A stretch of 64,000 bases of DNA from NCBI GenBank assembly GCA_015654795.1, contig JAATGF010000062.1, positions 8,102-72,101 on the forward strand. The letters are read 5' to 3'. The position numbers and the translations under genes are program-made. Source of the stretch: Bacteroidales bacterium. Lineage in GTDB: Bacteria > Bacteroidota > Bacteroidia > Bacteroidales > Prolixibacteraceae. The notes beneath the pieces are model-generated. The model did no database searches. It was given only the letters and a program-made list of their open reading frames with translations, and was not told where the DNA came from. Below, piece after piece: positions 49,982 to 58,237 of this stretch. How positions within the stretch are numbered: position 1 is the stretch's first letter; each line of letters begins with the position of its first letter.

Positions 49982-51778
49982 ATGCGAGTGAAAAATGTTA
50001 AAATCATCTTCTTCATCCTGTTTCTTTGCGGTGTAAACGCATACCCGCTTTTCTCACAAATACTCATTGAGGCCGAGAATTTCACAAATAAAGGGGGATG
50101 GGTTGTCGATCAGCAATTTATGGACGAGATGGGATCACCCTATTTGCTGGCGCATGGCCTTGGCGTTAAAGTTGAAAATGCAGTCACTACTGTTCCCATT
50201 GAACGTGGCGGAAAATACAGGGTATGGGTTCGAACCAAAGATTGGGTCGCACCGTGGAATGCAGTTGGAGCACCGGGGAAATTTAATGTTGTAATTAATG
50301 GCACCGTTTTACAGGAGGTTTTTGGTACAAAATATGCGGAATGGACCTGGCAAAATGGTGGTATCGTCGACCTGGAAGGGACCAAAACAACGATTGAACT
50401 TCAGGATTTAACTGGTTTTGAAGGTCGGTGCGATGCGATACTGCTTTGTAAAAACCTGGATTTCAAGCCAGCGAACTCATTAAATGAGCTGAGGAAATTC
50501 AGACGTAAATTGCTTGGAACCACCCGGCCAAGGAATTGCGGCAATTATGACCTGGTTGTTGTGGGTGGAGGAATTCCGGGCATTACTTCCTCCTTAATGG
50601 CAGCCAGAAAAGGACTTAAGGTCGCTTTAATACAGGACAGACCGGTTGTTGGTGGTAATAACAGTTCAGAAACAAGGGTTTGGCTTGGAGGTGCAATCAA
50701 TGTCGCCCCTTATGTGAAATTAGGTAATATCGTAAAAGAGCTGGAACAGGAAAAAAGAGCTCATTACGGGGATGCAAATACTGGTGAACTCTATGAAGAT
50801 GATCGTAAACTTTCGTTGCTGCAAAAAGAGAAGAATATTGATCTGTACATGAATTGCAGAGCCAACGAAGTCGTTGTAAAAAAGAACCGGATCAGTAATA
50901 TTGTTGCAGAAAACATTATCACAGGTGAAAGAAATCTGATCAGCGGAACTTTGTTTGCCGATTGTACAGGCGATGGGGTGATCGGATATTTAGCCGGAGC
51001 GGAATATCAAATGAGTGATTCCATCATGGGGAAATGCAATCTGTGGAATATTTCCATAACTGCAAATGAAACAACATTTCCAAAATGTCCGTGGGCTTTG
51101 GATCTTACGCTAAAAGCGTTTCCCGGTCGCAGTGCAATACCTGGTTCCTACGGTATAAAAGGGGAGAAAGCATTGGGAGGATGGTATTGGGAAAGTGGGT
51201 TTTACCGCGATCCGTTCAGGTATGACGAATGGGTCAGGGACTGGAATTTCAGAGCGATGTATGGCGCCTGGGATGCGCTCAAAAACGTCGATCATGCCTA
51301 TCCGAAACATCAACTAAACTGGTCGGCCTATATTTCAGGGAAAAGGGAATCGCGAAGATTAATCGGAGACTTAATACTTAACGATCAGCATTTACTGAAC
51401 GCTACTGTATTTGAAGACGGGTTAATGGCCACGGGCTGGGATATGGATGTACATATCCCTCATAAAGATTTAAAAAATTATTATCCCGAAGACCCCTTTA
51501 TTTCGTATGATATTCATACAAAATACAAGATGCCGTTCCTATTGCCATACCGGATCCTTTACTCAAAAAACATCAATAACTTATTCATGGCAGGAAGAGA
51601 TGTAAGCGTAACCCATCAGGCTTTAGGCTCAGTCAGGGTGATGCGTACCGGCGGATTAATGGGTGAAGTTGTAGGTATTGCAGCTTATTTGTGCAAAAAG
51701 AACAACGCTTCTCCCAGAGATATTTATACCCAATATCTTTCGGAACTTAAAGATCAGATATTAAACCAGCTACCTTAA
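49982..51778 (+). CDS. PF12831-type FAD-dependent oxidoreductase-like protein with signal peptide and N-terminal CBM-like beta-sandwich
   Basis: 598 aa. The signal is MRVKNVKIIFFILFLCGVNAYPLFSQ. The N-domain is ILIEAENFTNKGGWVVDQQFMDEMGSPYLLAHGLG... Further motifs are DLVVVGGGIPGITSS..IQDRPVVGGNNSSE, ISGKRESRRLIGD and LPYRILYSKNINNLFMAGRDVSVTHQALGSVRVMRT. Confidence 0.75.
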   Translation: MRVKNVKIIFFILFLCGVNAYPLFSQILIEAENFTNKGGWVVDQQFMDEMGSPYLLAHGLGVKVENAVTTVPIERGGKYRVWVRTKDWVAPWNAVGAPGKFNVVINGTVLQEVFGTKYAEWTWQNGGIVDLEGTKTTIELQDLTGFEGRCDAILLCKNLDFKPANSLNELRKFRRKLLGTTRPRNCGNYDLVVVGGGIPGITSSLMAARKGLKVALIQDRPVVGGNNSSETRVWLGGAINVAPYVKLGNIVKELEQEKRAHYGDANTGELYEDDRKLSLLQKEKNIDLYMNCRANEVVVKKNRISNIVAENIITGERNLISGTLFADCTGDGVIGYLAGAEYQMSDSIMGKCNLWNISITANETTFPKCPWALDLTLKAFPGRSAIPGSYGIKGEKALGGWYWESGFYRDPFRYDEWVRDWNFRAMYGAWDALKNVDHAYPKHQLNWSAYISGKRESRRLIGDLILNDQHLLNATVFEDGLMATGWDMDVHIPHKDLKNYYPEDPFISYDIHTKYKMPFLLPYRILYSKNINNLFMAGRDVSVTHQALGSVRVMRTGGLMGEVVGIAAYLCKKNNASPRDIYTQYLSELKDQILNQLP

Positions 51779-51797
51779 AACTTTAATAACAACCCTG

Positions 51798-53603
51798 ATG
51801 GAGGCAAAATCTTTTTTTAACTTAAAGAATTACGGATTCTTGTTTTTACTCTGCCTGAGTCTCAACCTTTATGGTCAGATTTTAGTAGAGTGCGAAAATT
51901 TCGACAGCAAGGGTGGCTGGGTAGTCGATCAGCAGTTTATGGATCAGATGGGTTCACCCTATTTAATGGCTCACGGTTTGGGCACACCTGTTAAAGATGC
52001 GCATACCACGGTATCATTTCCGGAAGCCGGAACCTATAAAGTATTTGTAAGAACTTACAACTGGACTTCGCCCTGGTATAAAGGAAAAGGACCGGGGCAA
52101 TTCCAACTGAAGATCAATGGAAAAATACTGCCTGCGGTTTTGGGAATTGAAGGGAACCAATGGATGTGGCAGGATGCAGGAATAGTTAAACTTCGAGAAG
52201 CCAGAACGGAAATCGTTTTAAAAGATCTGACCGGGTTCAACGGTCGCTGTGATGCTGTTCTTTTTACAAAAGATAAGTCATTCGTCCCGCCATCAGGAGA
52301 AAAAGAACTATCCGAATTTCGAAAAAAACTCCTTCGGATCGACTCTCCACTCGATGGAGGAAGGTATGACCTTGTCGTTGTAGGAGCAGGTGCTGCGGGT
52401 ATCTGTACTGCAATCTCGGCGTCGCGATTAGGTATTAAAGTTGCACTGATCAACGACCGGCCGGTTTTAGGCGGAAATAACAGCTCAGAAGTAAGGGTCG
52501 GACTTTCGGGTGATATCGATAAAAATCTTTATCCCAATATTGGGAATGTCTTGAAAGAATTCAATCCGGAACGGCCATCAAACGCCGGACCGGCCGAAGC
52601 CTTTATGGATGACCGGAAAATGTCACTCATCCTCGCTGAAAAAAATATCACCCTTTTTCTGAACATGCATGTATTTAAAACTGAAATGAATTCCAATAAA
52701 ATCAGATCAGTTATCGCCAAAAACATCGAAACCGGCAAGGAAATGATTTTCAGAGGAAGCTTGTTTGCCGATTGTACCGGTGATGCAACTGTTGGTTACC
52801 TGGCGGGTGCTGACTACAGGATGGGAAGGGAAAGCGCTTATGAAGCATTCGAATCGCTCGCACCGCTTTTTTCAGATCAGCGAACATTGGGTACCTCAAA
52901 CCTGTGGTCATTCGAAACTTCTGCTGATGCTTCTCGTTTCCCTGTTCTTGATTGGGCCTGCCAGTTCAGCAAACAGTACAATATCGATGAAATTAAACCG
53001 GACTGGAAATGGGAAGGGGGATTCTCAAAAAATACGATTACAGATGCCGAAAATATCAGGGATCAAAACCTGCGCGCAATTTTCGGTAACTGGGCTTATC
53101 TCAAGAATAACAATCCAAAATATGCCAACCGGAAACTGACCTGGGTAGCATTTATTGGCGGCAAAAGGGAATCGCGCCGGTTACTTGGAGATGTTATCCT
53201 TAATCAAAATGATATTCAGAACCAGGTCAGGTATAACGACGCCAGTTTCACTACAACCTGGTCGCTCGACCTTCATTTCCCTGATCCGGAAAACAGCAAA
53301 TATTTTCCGGGTGAGGAGTTTTACAGCTATTGCAATCAACCAAGGATTTTTCCTTATCATGTGCCTTATCGATGTCTTTATTCGCGTAATATTGAAAACC
53401 TGTTTATGGCAGGAAGAAATATCAGCGTAACCCATGTGGCTTATGGTACAATCAGGGTGCAACGTACCACCGCAATGATGGGCGAGGTCATTGGCATGGC
53501 AGCATCCATTTGCAAAAAACACCAAGCCTCTCCCCGATCGGTATATCTGGAGTACCTTGGGGAATTAAAAGAACTCATGAAAACCGGAATCGCTGCAAAA
53601 TAA
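51798..53603 (+). CDS. PF12831-type FAD-dependent oxidoreductase-like protein (tandem paralog of 49982..51778)
   Basis: 601 aa with the same architecture: ILVECENFDSKGGWVVDQQFMDQMGSPYLMAHGLG.., DLVVVGAGAAGICTA..INDRPVLGGNNSSE, IGGKRESRRLLGD and VPYRCLYSRNIENLFMAGRNISVTHVAYGTIRVQRT. Its stop overlaps the next ATG (TAATG at 53601-53605). Confidence 0.75.
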   Translation: MEAKSFFNLKNYGFLFLLCLSLNLYGQILVECENFDSKGGWVVDQQFMDQMGSPYLMAHGLGTPVKDAHTTVSFPEAGTYKVFVRTYNWTSPWYKGKGPGQFQLKINGKILPAVLGIEGNQWMWQDAGIVKLREARTEIVLKDLTGFNGRCDAVLFTKDKSFVPPSGEKELSEFRKKLLRIDSPLDGGRYDLVVVGAGAAGICTAISASRLGIKVALINDRPVLGGNNSSEVRVGLSGDIDKNLYPNIGNVLKEFNPERPSNAGPAEAFMDDRKMSLILAEKNITLFLNMHVFKTEMNSNKIRSVIAKNIETGKEMIFRGSLFADCTGDATVGYLAGADYRMGRESAYEAFESLAPLFSDQRTLGTSNLWSFETSADASRFPVLDWACQFSKQYNIDEIKPDWKWEGGFSKNTITDAENIRDQNLRAIFGNWAYLKNNNPKYANRKLTWVAFIGGKRESRRLLGDVILNQNDIQNQVRYNDASFTTTWSLDLHFPDPENSKYFPGEEFYSYCNQPRIFPYHVPYRCLYSRNIENLFMAGRNISVTHVAYGTIRVQRTTAMMGEVIGMAASICKKHQASPRSVYLEYLGELKELMKTGIAAK

Positions 53604-54697
53604 TGATGAAACAAATAGTGATAATTTTGATATTAAGAATATTAGGGATTGCAACTGGATTCAATTTGTCTGCACAAACAAAGATTCTGCCGGGCGAACT
53701 CAACCTTCAGCCGATGATTCAGCCTATCCCAATGACTGCAAGGTTCATCAATGACACCTCCTTTATTTGGTGCGGTACTTTGATTAAATCACATATCGAT
53801 CAGAAATATCATCTTTATTATTCACGCTGGCCACGAAAACTGGGTATGAATGCATGGGTAACCCACTCTGAGGTCGCACATGCAGTTTCTGATTCCCCCT
53901 TTGGTCCGTTTGAATTTAAAAGTGTTGCATTGCCGGTTCGCGGAAAGGAATACTGGGACGGGTTGGTCACACATAATCCAACGGTTCATTTCTACAAGGG
54001 TAGGTATTACCTCTACTACACAGGCAATACAGGTGATGGGATTGCAATGAGAAACCAACTCAACTGGAGTCACAGGAATAACCAGCGTATTGGCGTTGCA
54101 GTTGCCGATGATCCCAACGGCCCCTGGAAACGGTTTGATCGCCCTGTTATCGATGTGTCTTCTGATCCCGAAGCCCGTGATGCACAAATGATGGCGAACC
54201 CTTCTGTCACTCAAATGCCCGATGGCAGATACCTCATGGTTTACAAAGCAGTCGCAAAGAAAAAACCACAACCATTCGGCGGACCAGTAGTTCACTTAAC
54301 CGCCATTGCCAATCAACCCGAAGGGCCGTTTGTGAAACTGAATAAACCCATTTTTACGGCAGAGAATGTTGATTTTCCGGCGGAAGACCCATTTGTCTGG
54401 TATCAGGATAATTGCTATTATGCGATTGTTAAAGATATGAAAGGTGCTTTCACAAATGCCGGTCGTAGCCTGGTCCTTTTTTATTCAACAGATGGTCTGA
54501 ATTGGAAACTGGGCAAACATCCGCTGGTTTCTGCGCTGAGCATCAAATGGGAAAATGGTACCACTCAAAAATTGGAGGCACTTGAAAGGCCCCAACTCTT
54601 TTTTGAAAACGGAAAATTAGTTGCTTTGCTGTGTGCTGTAAATGAAACTACTGAACATTCTTACAATGTGCAGATACCACTGAAAAAGAAATACTGA
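53603..54697 (+). CDS. Five-bladed beta-propeller glycoside-hydrolase-like protein (clan GH-F, GH43/GH117-like), paralog A
   Basis: ORF 53510..54697, with a realistic start at 53603 (MMKQIVIILILRILGIATGFNLSAQ signal). Blade-like repeats are KYHLYYSRWP, THNPTVHFYKGRYYLYYTG, NQRIGVAVADDPNGPWKRF, MANPSVTQMPDGRYLMVYK, AEDPFVWYQDNCYYAIVKD and LERPQLFFENGKLVALL. Confidence 0.6.
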   Translation: MMKQIVIILILRILGIATGFNLSAQTKILPGELNLQPMIQPIPMTARFINDTSFIWCGTLIKSHIDQKYHLYYSRWPRKLGMNAWVTHSEVAHAVSDSPFGPFEFKSVALPVRGKEYWDGLVTHNPTVHFYKGRYYLYYTGNTGDGIAMRNQLNWSHRNNQRIGVAVADDPNGPWKRFDRPVIDVSSDPEARDAQMMANPSVTQMPDGRYLMVYKAVAKKKPQPFGGPVVHLTAIANQPEGPFVKLNKPIFTAENVDFPAEDPFVWYQDNCYYAIVKDMKGAFTNAGRSLVLFYSTDGLNWKLGKHPLVSALSIKWENGTTQKLEALERPQLFFENGKLVALLCAVNETTEHSYNVQIPLKKKY

Positions 54698-54824
54698 AAA
54701 AATATACAGTTAAAATATACATTGTCATTCTTTTTTGCGGAACATGAAGATTGAAAAGTCCTTGTATAGTAACGACACCAAACCTTTGGATTAAAAACAG
54801 AAACATTTATAATTTAAAATTAAG

Positions 54825-56630
54825 ATGAGGCATATTAACGCATTGATATTTAACCTTATGCTGGCAGTCCTGTTTATGACTGCCAACGCTCAAAACACAC
54901 AAGATGGAAAATCCCCGATTGCTGATGCAGTGCCGTTCAAATCTTCAACACAAAACAATAATCAATTGGATGCTCCGGAAACCAATCCTCAGGAAAAAAC
55001 AGAAGTCTATGATATAGTTGTTTACGGAGGAACGTGTGGCGGTGTCATGGCAGCGGTTCAGGCAGCGCGGATGGGGAAAACCGTGGCCTTGATCGAGCCG
55101 GGTATACACCTCGGCGGCCTGACCAGCGGTGGGCTCGGCTGGGTTGATGTGGGAAACCCGGAAACGATCGGAGGACTGGCCCGCGAGTATTTCCACAGGG
55201 TTTGGAAGCATTACCAGGACGACTCCGCCTGGAAATGGGAGAAAAAGCACGAAATGCCGGGGCAGCATGCGCCGCTTGCACCCGAAGACGGGACCATGTG
55301 GATCGTCGAACCTTCCATTGCGGAACGGCTGTTCGACCAAATGGTAACTGAAGCAAATGTAACGGTCGTACGCAACGAGCGGCTAAATCGAGGGAGCGGC
55401 GTGATAAAAGAAGGACAGAAAATCGTCAGCATTGCCATGGAATCCGGCACCGTTTTTCAGGCCAGGATGTTTATCGACGCAACTTACGAAGGCGATCTGA
55501 TGGCCGCATCGGGTGTGTCGTATATCGTCGGACGCGAACCCAACAGCCGGTACAACGAAACGATCAACGGGATCGGTCCCATGCCGCCGCCCAACCATTT
55601 GCCGGACATCGACCCCTATCAAATCAAGGGAAATCCGAAGAGTGGACTTTTACCCCGCATTCATCCCGACTGGGGCGGAAAGATTGGCGATGGAGACCGT
55701 GGTTTACAGGCCTACAATTACCGGATGTGCCTGACACAGATTCCTGACAACAGGGTGCCCGTGGAAAAGCCTGCTGATTACGATGAAAAACAATACGAGT
55801 TACTTTTTCGGTTTATTGAAGCCGGGGGAATGGATGGTGAATTTTTCAACGCCTCGCTGGGGGGCGGCTTTATCAAACCCTCCCTTATACCGAATGGTAA
55901 GACTGATACGAATAACAACGGTTATATCTCCACGGATTATATCGGCATGAGCTGGGACTACCCGGAGGCCGATTATGTCACGCGCGCCCGTATTGCCAAA
56001 GAGCATGAGCAGTGGCAGCGGGGTCTGATCTGGACCTTGCAGCACCATCCGCGCATCCCCGAAGAAGTTCGCCAGCGCTATGCACCGTGGGGGCTGGCAA
56101 AGGACGAGTTTACCGACAACAGACACTGGCCTTTTCAACTCTACATTCGTGAAGCCCGCCGCATGATCGCCGACTACATGGTTACAGAACACACTGCGCT
56201 TGGCAAAGAGTTTGCACCGGATCCGGTAGGAATAGGTTCCTATCATATGGACTCTCATGCCATCAAATACTTTGTTTCGCCGGCAGGCTTCCTGACGAGA
56301 GATGGCGGTATGTTCGTCCATATACCCGCACCATATGGAATCAGCTATCGCGCTATCATTCCCAAACGCAGTGAATGCAAGAACCTGTTGGTACCGATCT
56401 GCATCTCCGCCACCCATGCAGCATATGGATCCATACGAATGGAGCCGGTTTTCATGGTGTTGGGGCAGTCTGCCGCCACAGCAGCGAGCCTGGCGATTGA
56501 CAGTAACATCGCATTGCAGGATGTGCCCTACAGCGCGCTGAAAGAATGTCTGTTGGCGGACAGCCAGATCGTCGATTTGCCACCGAAAGGTTTCTCGCAA
56601 AACAGCCTGTATTCAACTGGAAAATTGTGA
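54825..56630 (+). CDS. PF12831-type FAD-dependent oxidoreductase-like protein, divergent, with a strongly GC-rich mature region
   Basis: 601 aa with the signal MRHINALIFNLMLAVLFMTANAQ followed by an N/Q-rich linker. Motifs are YDIVVYGGTCGGVMAAVQAARMGKTVALIE..GGLTSGGLGW and ..ISATHAAYGSIRMEPVFMVLGQSAATAASLA. The many antisense and alternate-frame ORFs across 54945-56600 reflect the high GC. Confidence 0.75.
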   Translation: MRHINALIFNLMLAVLFMTANAQNTQDGKSPIADAVPFKSSTQNNNQLDAPETNPQEKTEVYDIVVYGGTCGGVMAAVQAARMGKTVALIEPGIHLGGLTSGGLGWVDVGNPETIGGLAREYFHRVWKHYQDDSAWKWEKKHEMPGQHAPLAPEDGTMWIVEPSIAERLFDQMVTEANVTVVRNERLNRGSGVIKEGQKIVSIAMESGTVFQARMFIDATYEGDLMAASGVSYIVGREPNSRYNETINGIGPMPPPNHLPDIDPYQIKGNPKSGLLPRIHPDWGGKIGDGDRGLQAYNYRMCLTQIPDNRVPVEKPADYDEKQYELLFRFIEAGGMDGEFFNASLGGGFIKPSLIPNGKTDTNNNGYISTDYIGMSWDYPEADYVTRARIAKEHEQWQRGLIWTLQHHPRIPEEVRQRYAPWGLAKDEFTDNRHWPFQLYIREARRMIADYMVTEHTALGKEFAPDPVGIGSYHMDSHAIKYFVSPAGFLTRDGGMFVHIPAPYGISYRAIIPKRSECKNLLVPICISATHAAYGSIRMEPVFMVLGQSAATAASLAIDSNIALQDVPYSALKECLLADSQIVDLPPKGFSQNSLYSTGKL

Positions 56631-56871
56631 AACGATTTATAAAAACATAGGAACCTTACCAGTTAAATACCAACCGAAATGAGTGACTTGAGCAAAACAA
56701 ATTCAGTAAAAGTTCAGGACGTGTTCGATGACTATAAGAAATGGAAAATGATTATGGGGTTTTGCCCTGGCCGACAAAACCGGAAAGGAGCAACATTGAA
56801 AAGAATTAGTTCAAATCAATTTCTAATAAAGGAAGAGATAATTTAAAGAACCAATATACCTTGAAAATATT

Positions 56872-58092
56872 ATGAAATTAACTGCATTCATTCTTATTTT
56901 TGTTCTGAACGCCTTACTGACAGAGCCACAGGTGATTCTATCAGAAGTTGGGTTTGTTTTAAATATCCCTGATCTTTCAAAAAATCAGGATATTCTGGAG
57001 GTTGAGAGCAGAATTTCATCATTTCAGGGTATTTATATAAATGACCATTCGGTAATAAATTCCGGAAAACAGAACTCGGGCAGTCTCGACTTCACCAAAC
57101 TTATCCCTGAATATCCGGAAAAACATATTTTTTCGATGCCTGGGTACAATGTATGGTGCAATGGCGTGGTGAAAGGCGACGACGGGAAATATCACATGTA
57201 CTTTTCGCGTTGGCCCAAGTCGCGTGGGTTTGAAGCCTGGGTGACCCATTCGGAAATTGCCCATGCGGTTTCCGATAACCTGTTTGGAGCATATCATTTC
57301 TCCGATGTTTGTTTACCTGCCCGTGGAGATGAATACTGGGACGGAGCCATGACTCACAATCCACATGTGATAAGGTACAATGGGAAATATTATCTTTATT
57401 ATACAGGTGATCACGGTAGCGGATATTGGAAAACCACCTCTGATACAATAATGCCTAAAATAACTCATCCGGAGTGGTGGGTAAACCGTAACAACCAACG
57501 AATAGGCGTGGCGGTGGCCGACAGCCCTTATGGTCCCTGGAAACGATTTAACAAACCATTAATCGACATTACCCTGGGACGACGGATAACCGCAGTTCCA
57601 ACAGTATTCCAGCGGCCCGATGGCAATTTCTCACTGACGTACAAATTTGTGACAGAAAAAGAAGGCTACAAAGGAGGTGCAGTAAAGCACTATATCTCGC
57701 TTTCCGATTCACCGCTCGGACCGTTCAAAGACTACGACAAGCCATTCATCACTTCGCCTAAATCCGATTTTCCAATTGACGATCATGTGGAATGGTTTCA
57801 GGATGGAAGATATTACTGCATTGCCAAAGATCACGGCGACATGATTACCGAACACGGCATTACCCTTTTGTTGTTCGGGTCAGAGAATGGACTCGACTGG
57901 ACGCTGTCGCCAAACTCGCTGGTGCATAAATTCAACATTACTTTTAAAGATGGCGAACACATGGATTTCGACCGGCTCGAAATGCCCAAGGTTTATCTTG
58001 AAAATGGGAAGGTTGTTGCCTTGTTTTTGGCTGCAAAACCAAAAGGAAAGGAAGATTCATTTTCAGTGGTGTTGCCGGTAATTTACAAATGA
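56872..58092 (+). CDS. Five-bladed beta-propeller glycoside-hydrolase-like protein (GH43/GH117-like), paralog B
   Basis: 406 aa, alignable to paralog A throughout (KYHMYFSRWPKSRGFEAWVTHSEIAHAVSDNLFG; THNPHVIRYNGKYYLYYTG; NQRIGVAVADSPYGPWKRFNKPLID; IDDHVEWFQDGRYYCIAKD; LEMPKVYLENGKVVALF). Confidence 0.6.
   Translation: MKLTAFILIFVLNALLTEPQVILSEVGFVLNIPDLSKNQDILEVESRISSFQGIYINDHSVINSGKQNSGSLDFTKLIPEYPEKHIFSMPGYNVWCNGVVKGDDGKYHMYFSRWPKSRGFEAWVTHSEIAHAVSDNLFGAYHFSDVCLPARGDEYWDGAMTHNPHVIRYNGKYYLYYTGDHGSGYWKTTSDTIMPKITHPEWWVNRNNQRIGVAVADSPYGPWKRFNKPLIDITLGRRITAVPTVFQRPDGNFSLTYKFVTEKEGYKGGAVKHYISLSDSPLGPFKDYDKPFITSPKSDFPIDDHVEWFQDGRYYCIAKDHGDMITEHGITLLLFGSENGLDWTLSPNSLVHKFNITFKDGEHMDFDRLEMPKVYLENGKVVALFLAAKPKGKEDSFSVVLPVIYK
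56950..57057 (+). repeat. N-terminal module copy 1 (GFVLNIPDLSKNQDILEVESRISSFQGIYINDHSVI), shared with 58331..58438
   Basis: 30 of 36 aa are identical to the copy in the next gene, and the DNA is visibly collinear. The flanking sequences are not alignable. Confidence 0.85.
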
Positions 58093-58228
58093 ACATGACG
58101 GGATCACAATGAAAAACCAACTCAACTGGAGTCACCGGAATAATGGTCCATAAAGCAGTTGCAAGGAAAAAGCCTTGGACATTCTTACAGTGTACAGATA
58201 CCATTGAAACAACCATAATATTACCAAT
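58093..58228 (+). pseudogene. Collapsed remnant of a paralog-A-like propeller gene (three short homologous blocks; large internal deletions)
   Basis: The remnant contains acgggatcacaatgaaaaaccaactcaactggagtcaccggaataa, matching 54033-54078 of paralog A. It contains ccataaagcagttgcaaggaaaaagcc, matching about 54240-54268. It contains cattcttacagtgtacagataccattgaaa..taa, matching 54656-54697, the 3' end. Confidence 0.7.
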
Positions 58229-58237
58229 TTAAATAAC

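Noticed and set aside
53822-54295. 157-aa minus-strand ORF that resembles another minus-strand ORF at 57944..58216 (..IPVTPVELV..)
   Set aside because: The resemblance is explained by sense-strand homology between propeller paralog A and the remnant at 58093-58228. Both ORFs are antisense to, or overlap, better-supported features.
55800-56600. 266-aa minus-strand ORF, plus several 70-130-aa ORFs across 54945-55734, overlapping the FADox gene
   Set aside because: They lie entirely inside and antisense or out of frame to a well-supported 601-aa CDS. They are Arg/Gly/Pro/Ala-rich with no motifs. This is the expected by-product of the locally high GC content, where stop codons are rare.
56679-56846. 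55-aa ORF (MSDLSKTNSVKVQDVFDDYKKWKMIMGFCPGRQNRKGATLKRISSNQFLIKEEII) in the gap between the GC-rich FADox gene and propeller paralog B
   Set aside because: It has no recognisable motif and no obvious conservation signal, and it is below the size where composition alone is informative. It may be spurious or a remnant.
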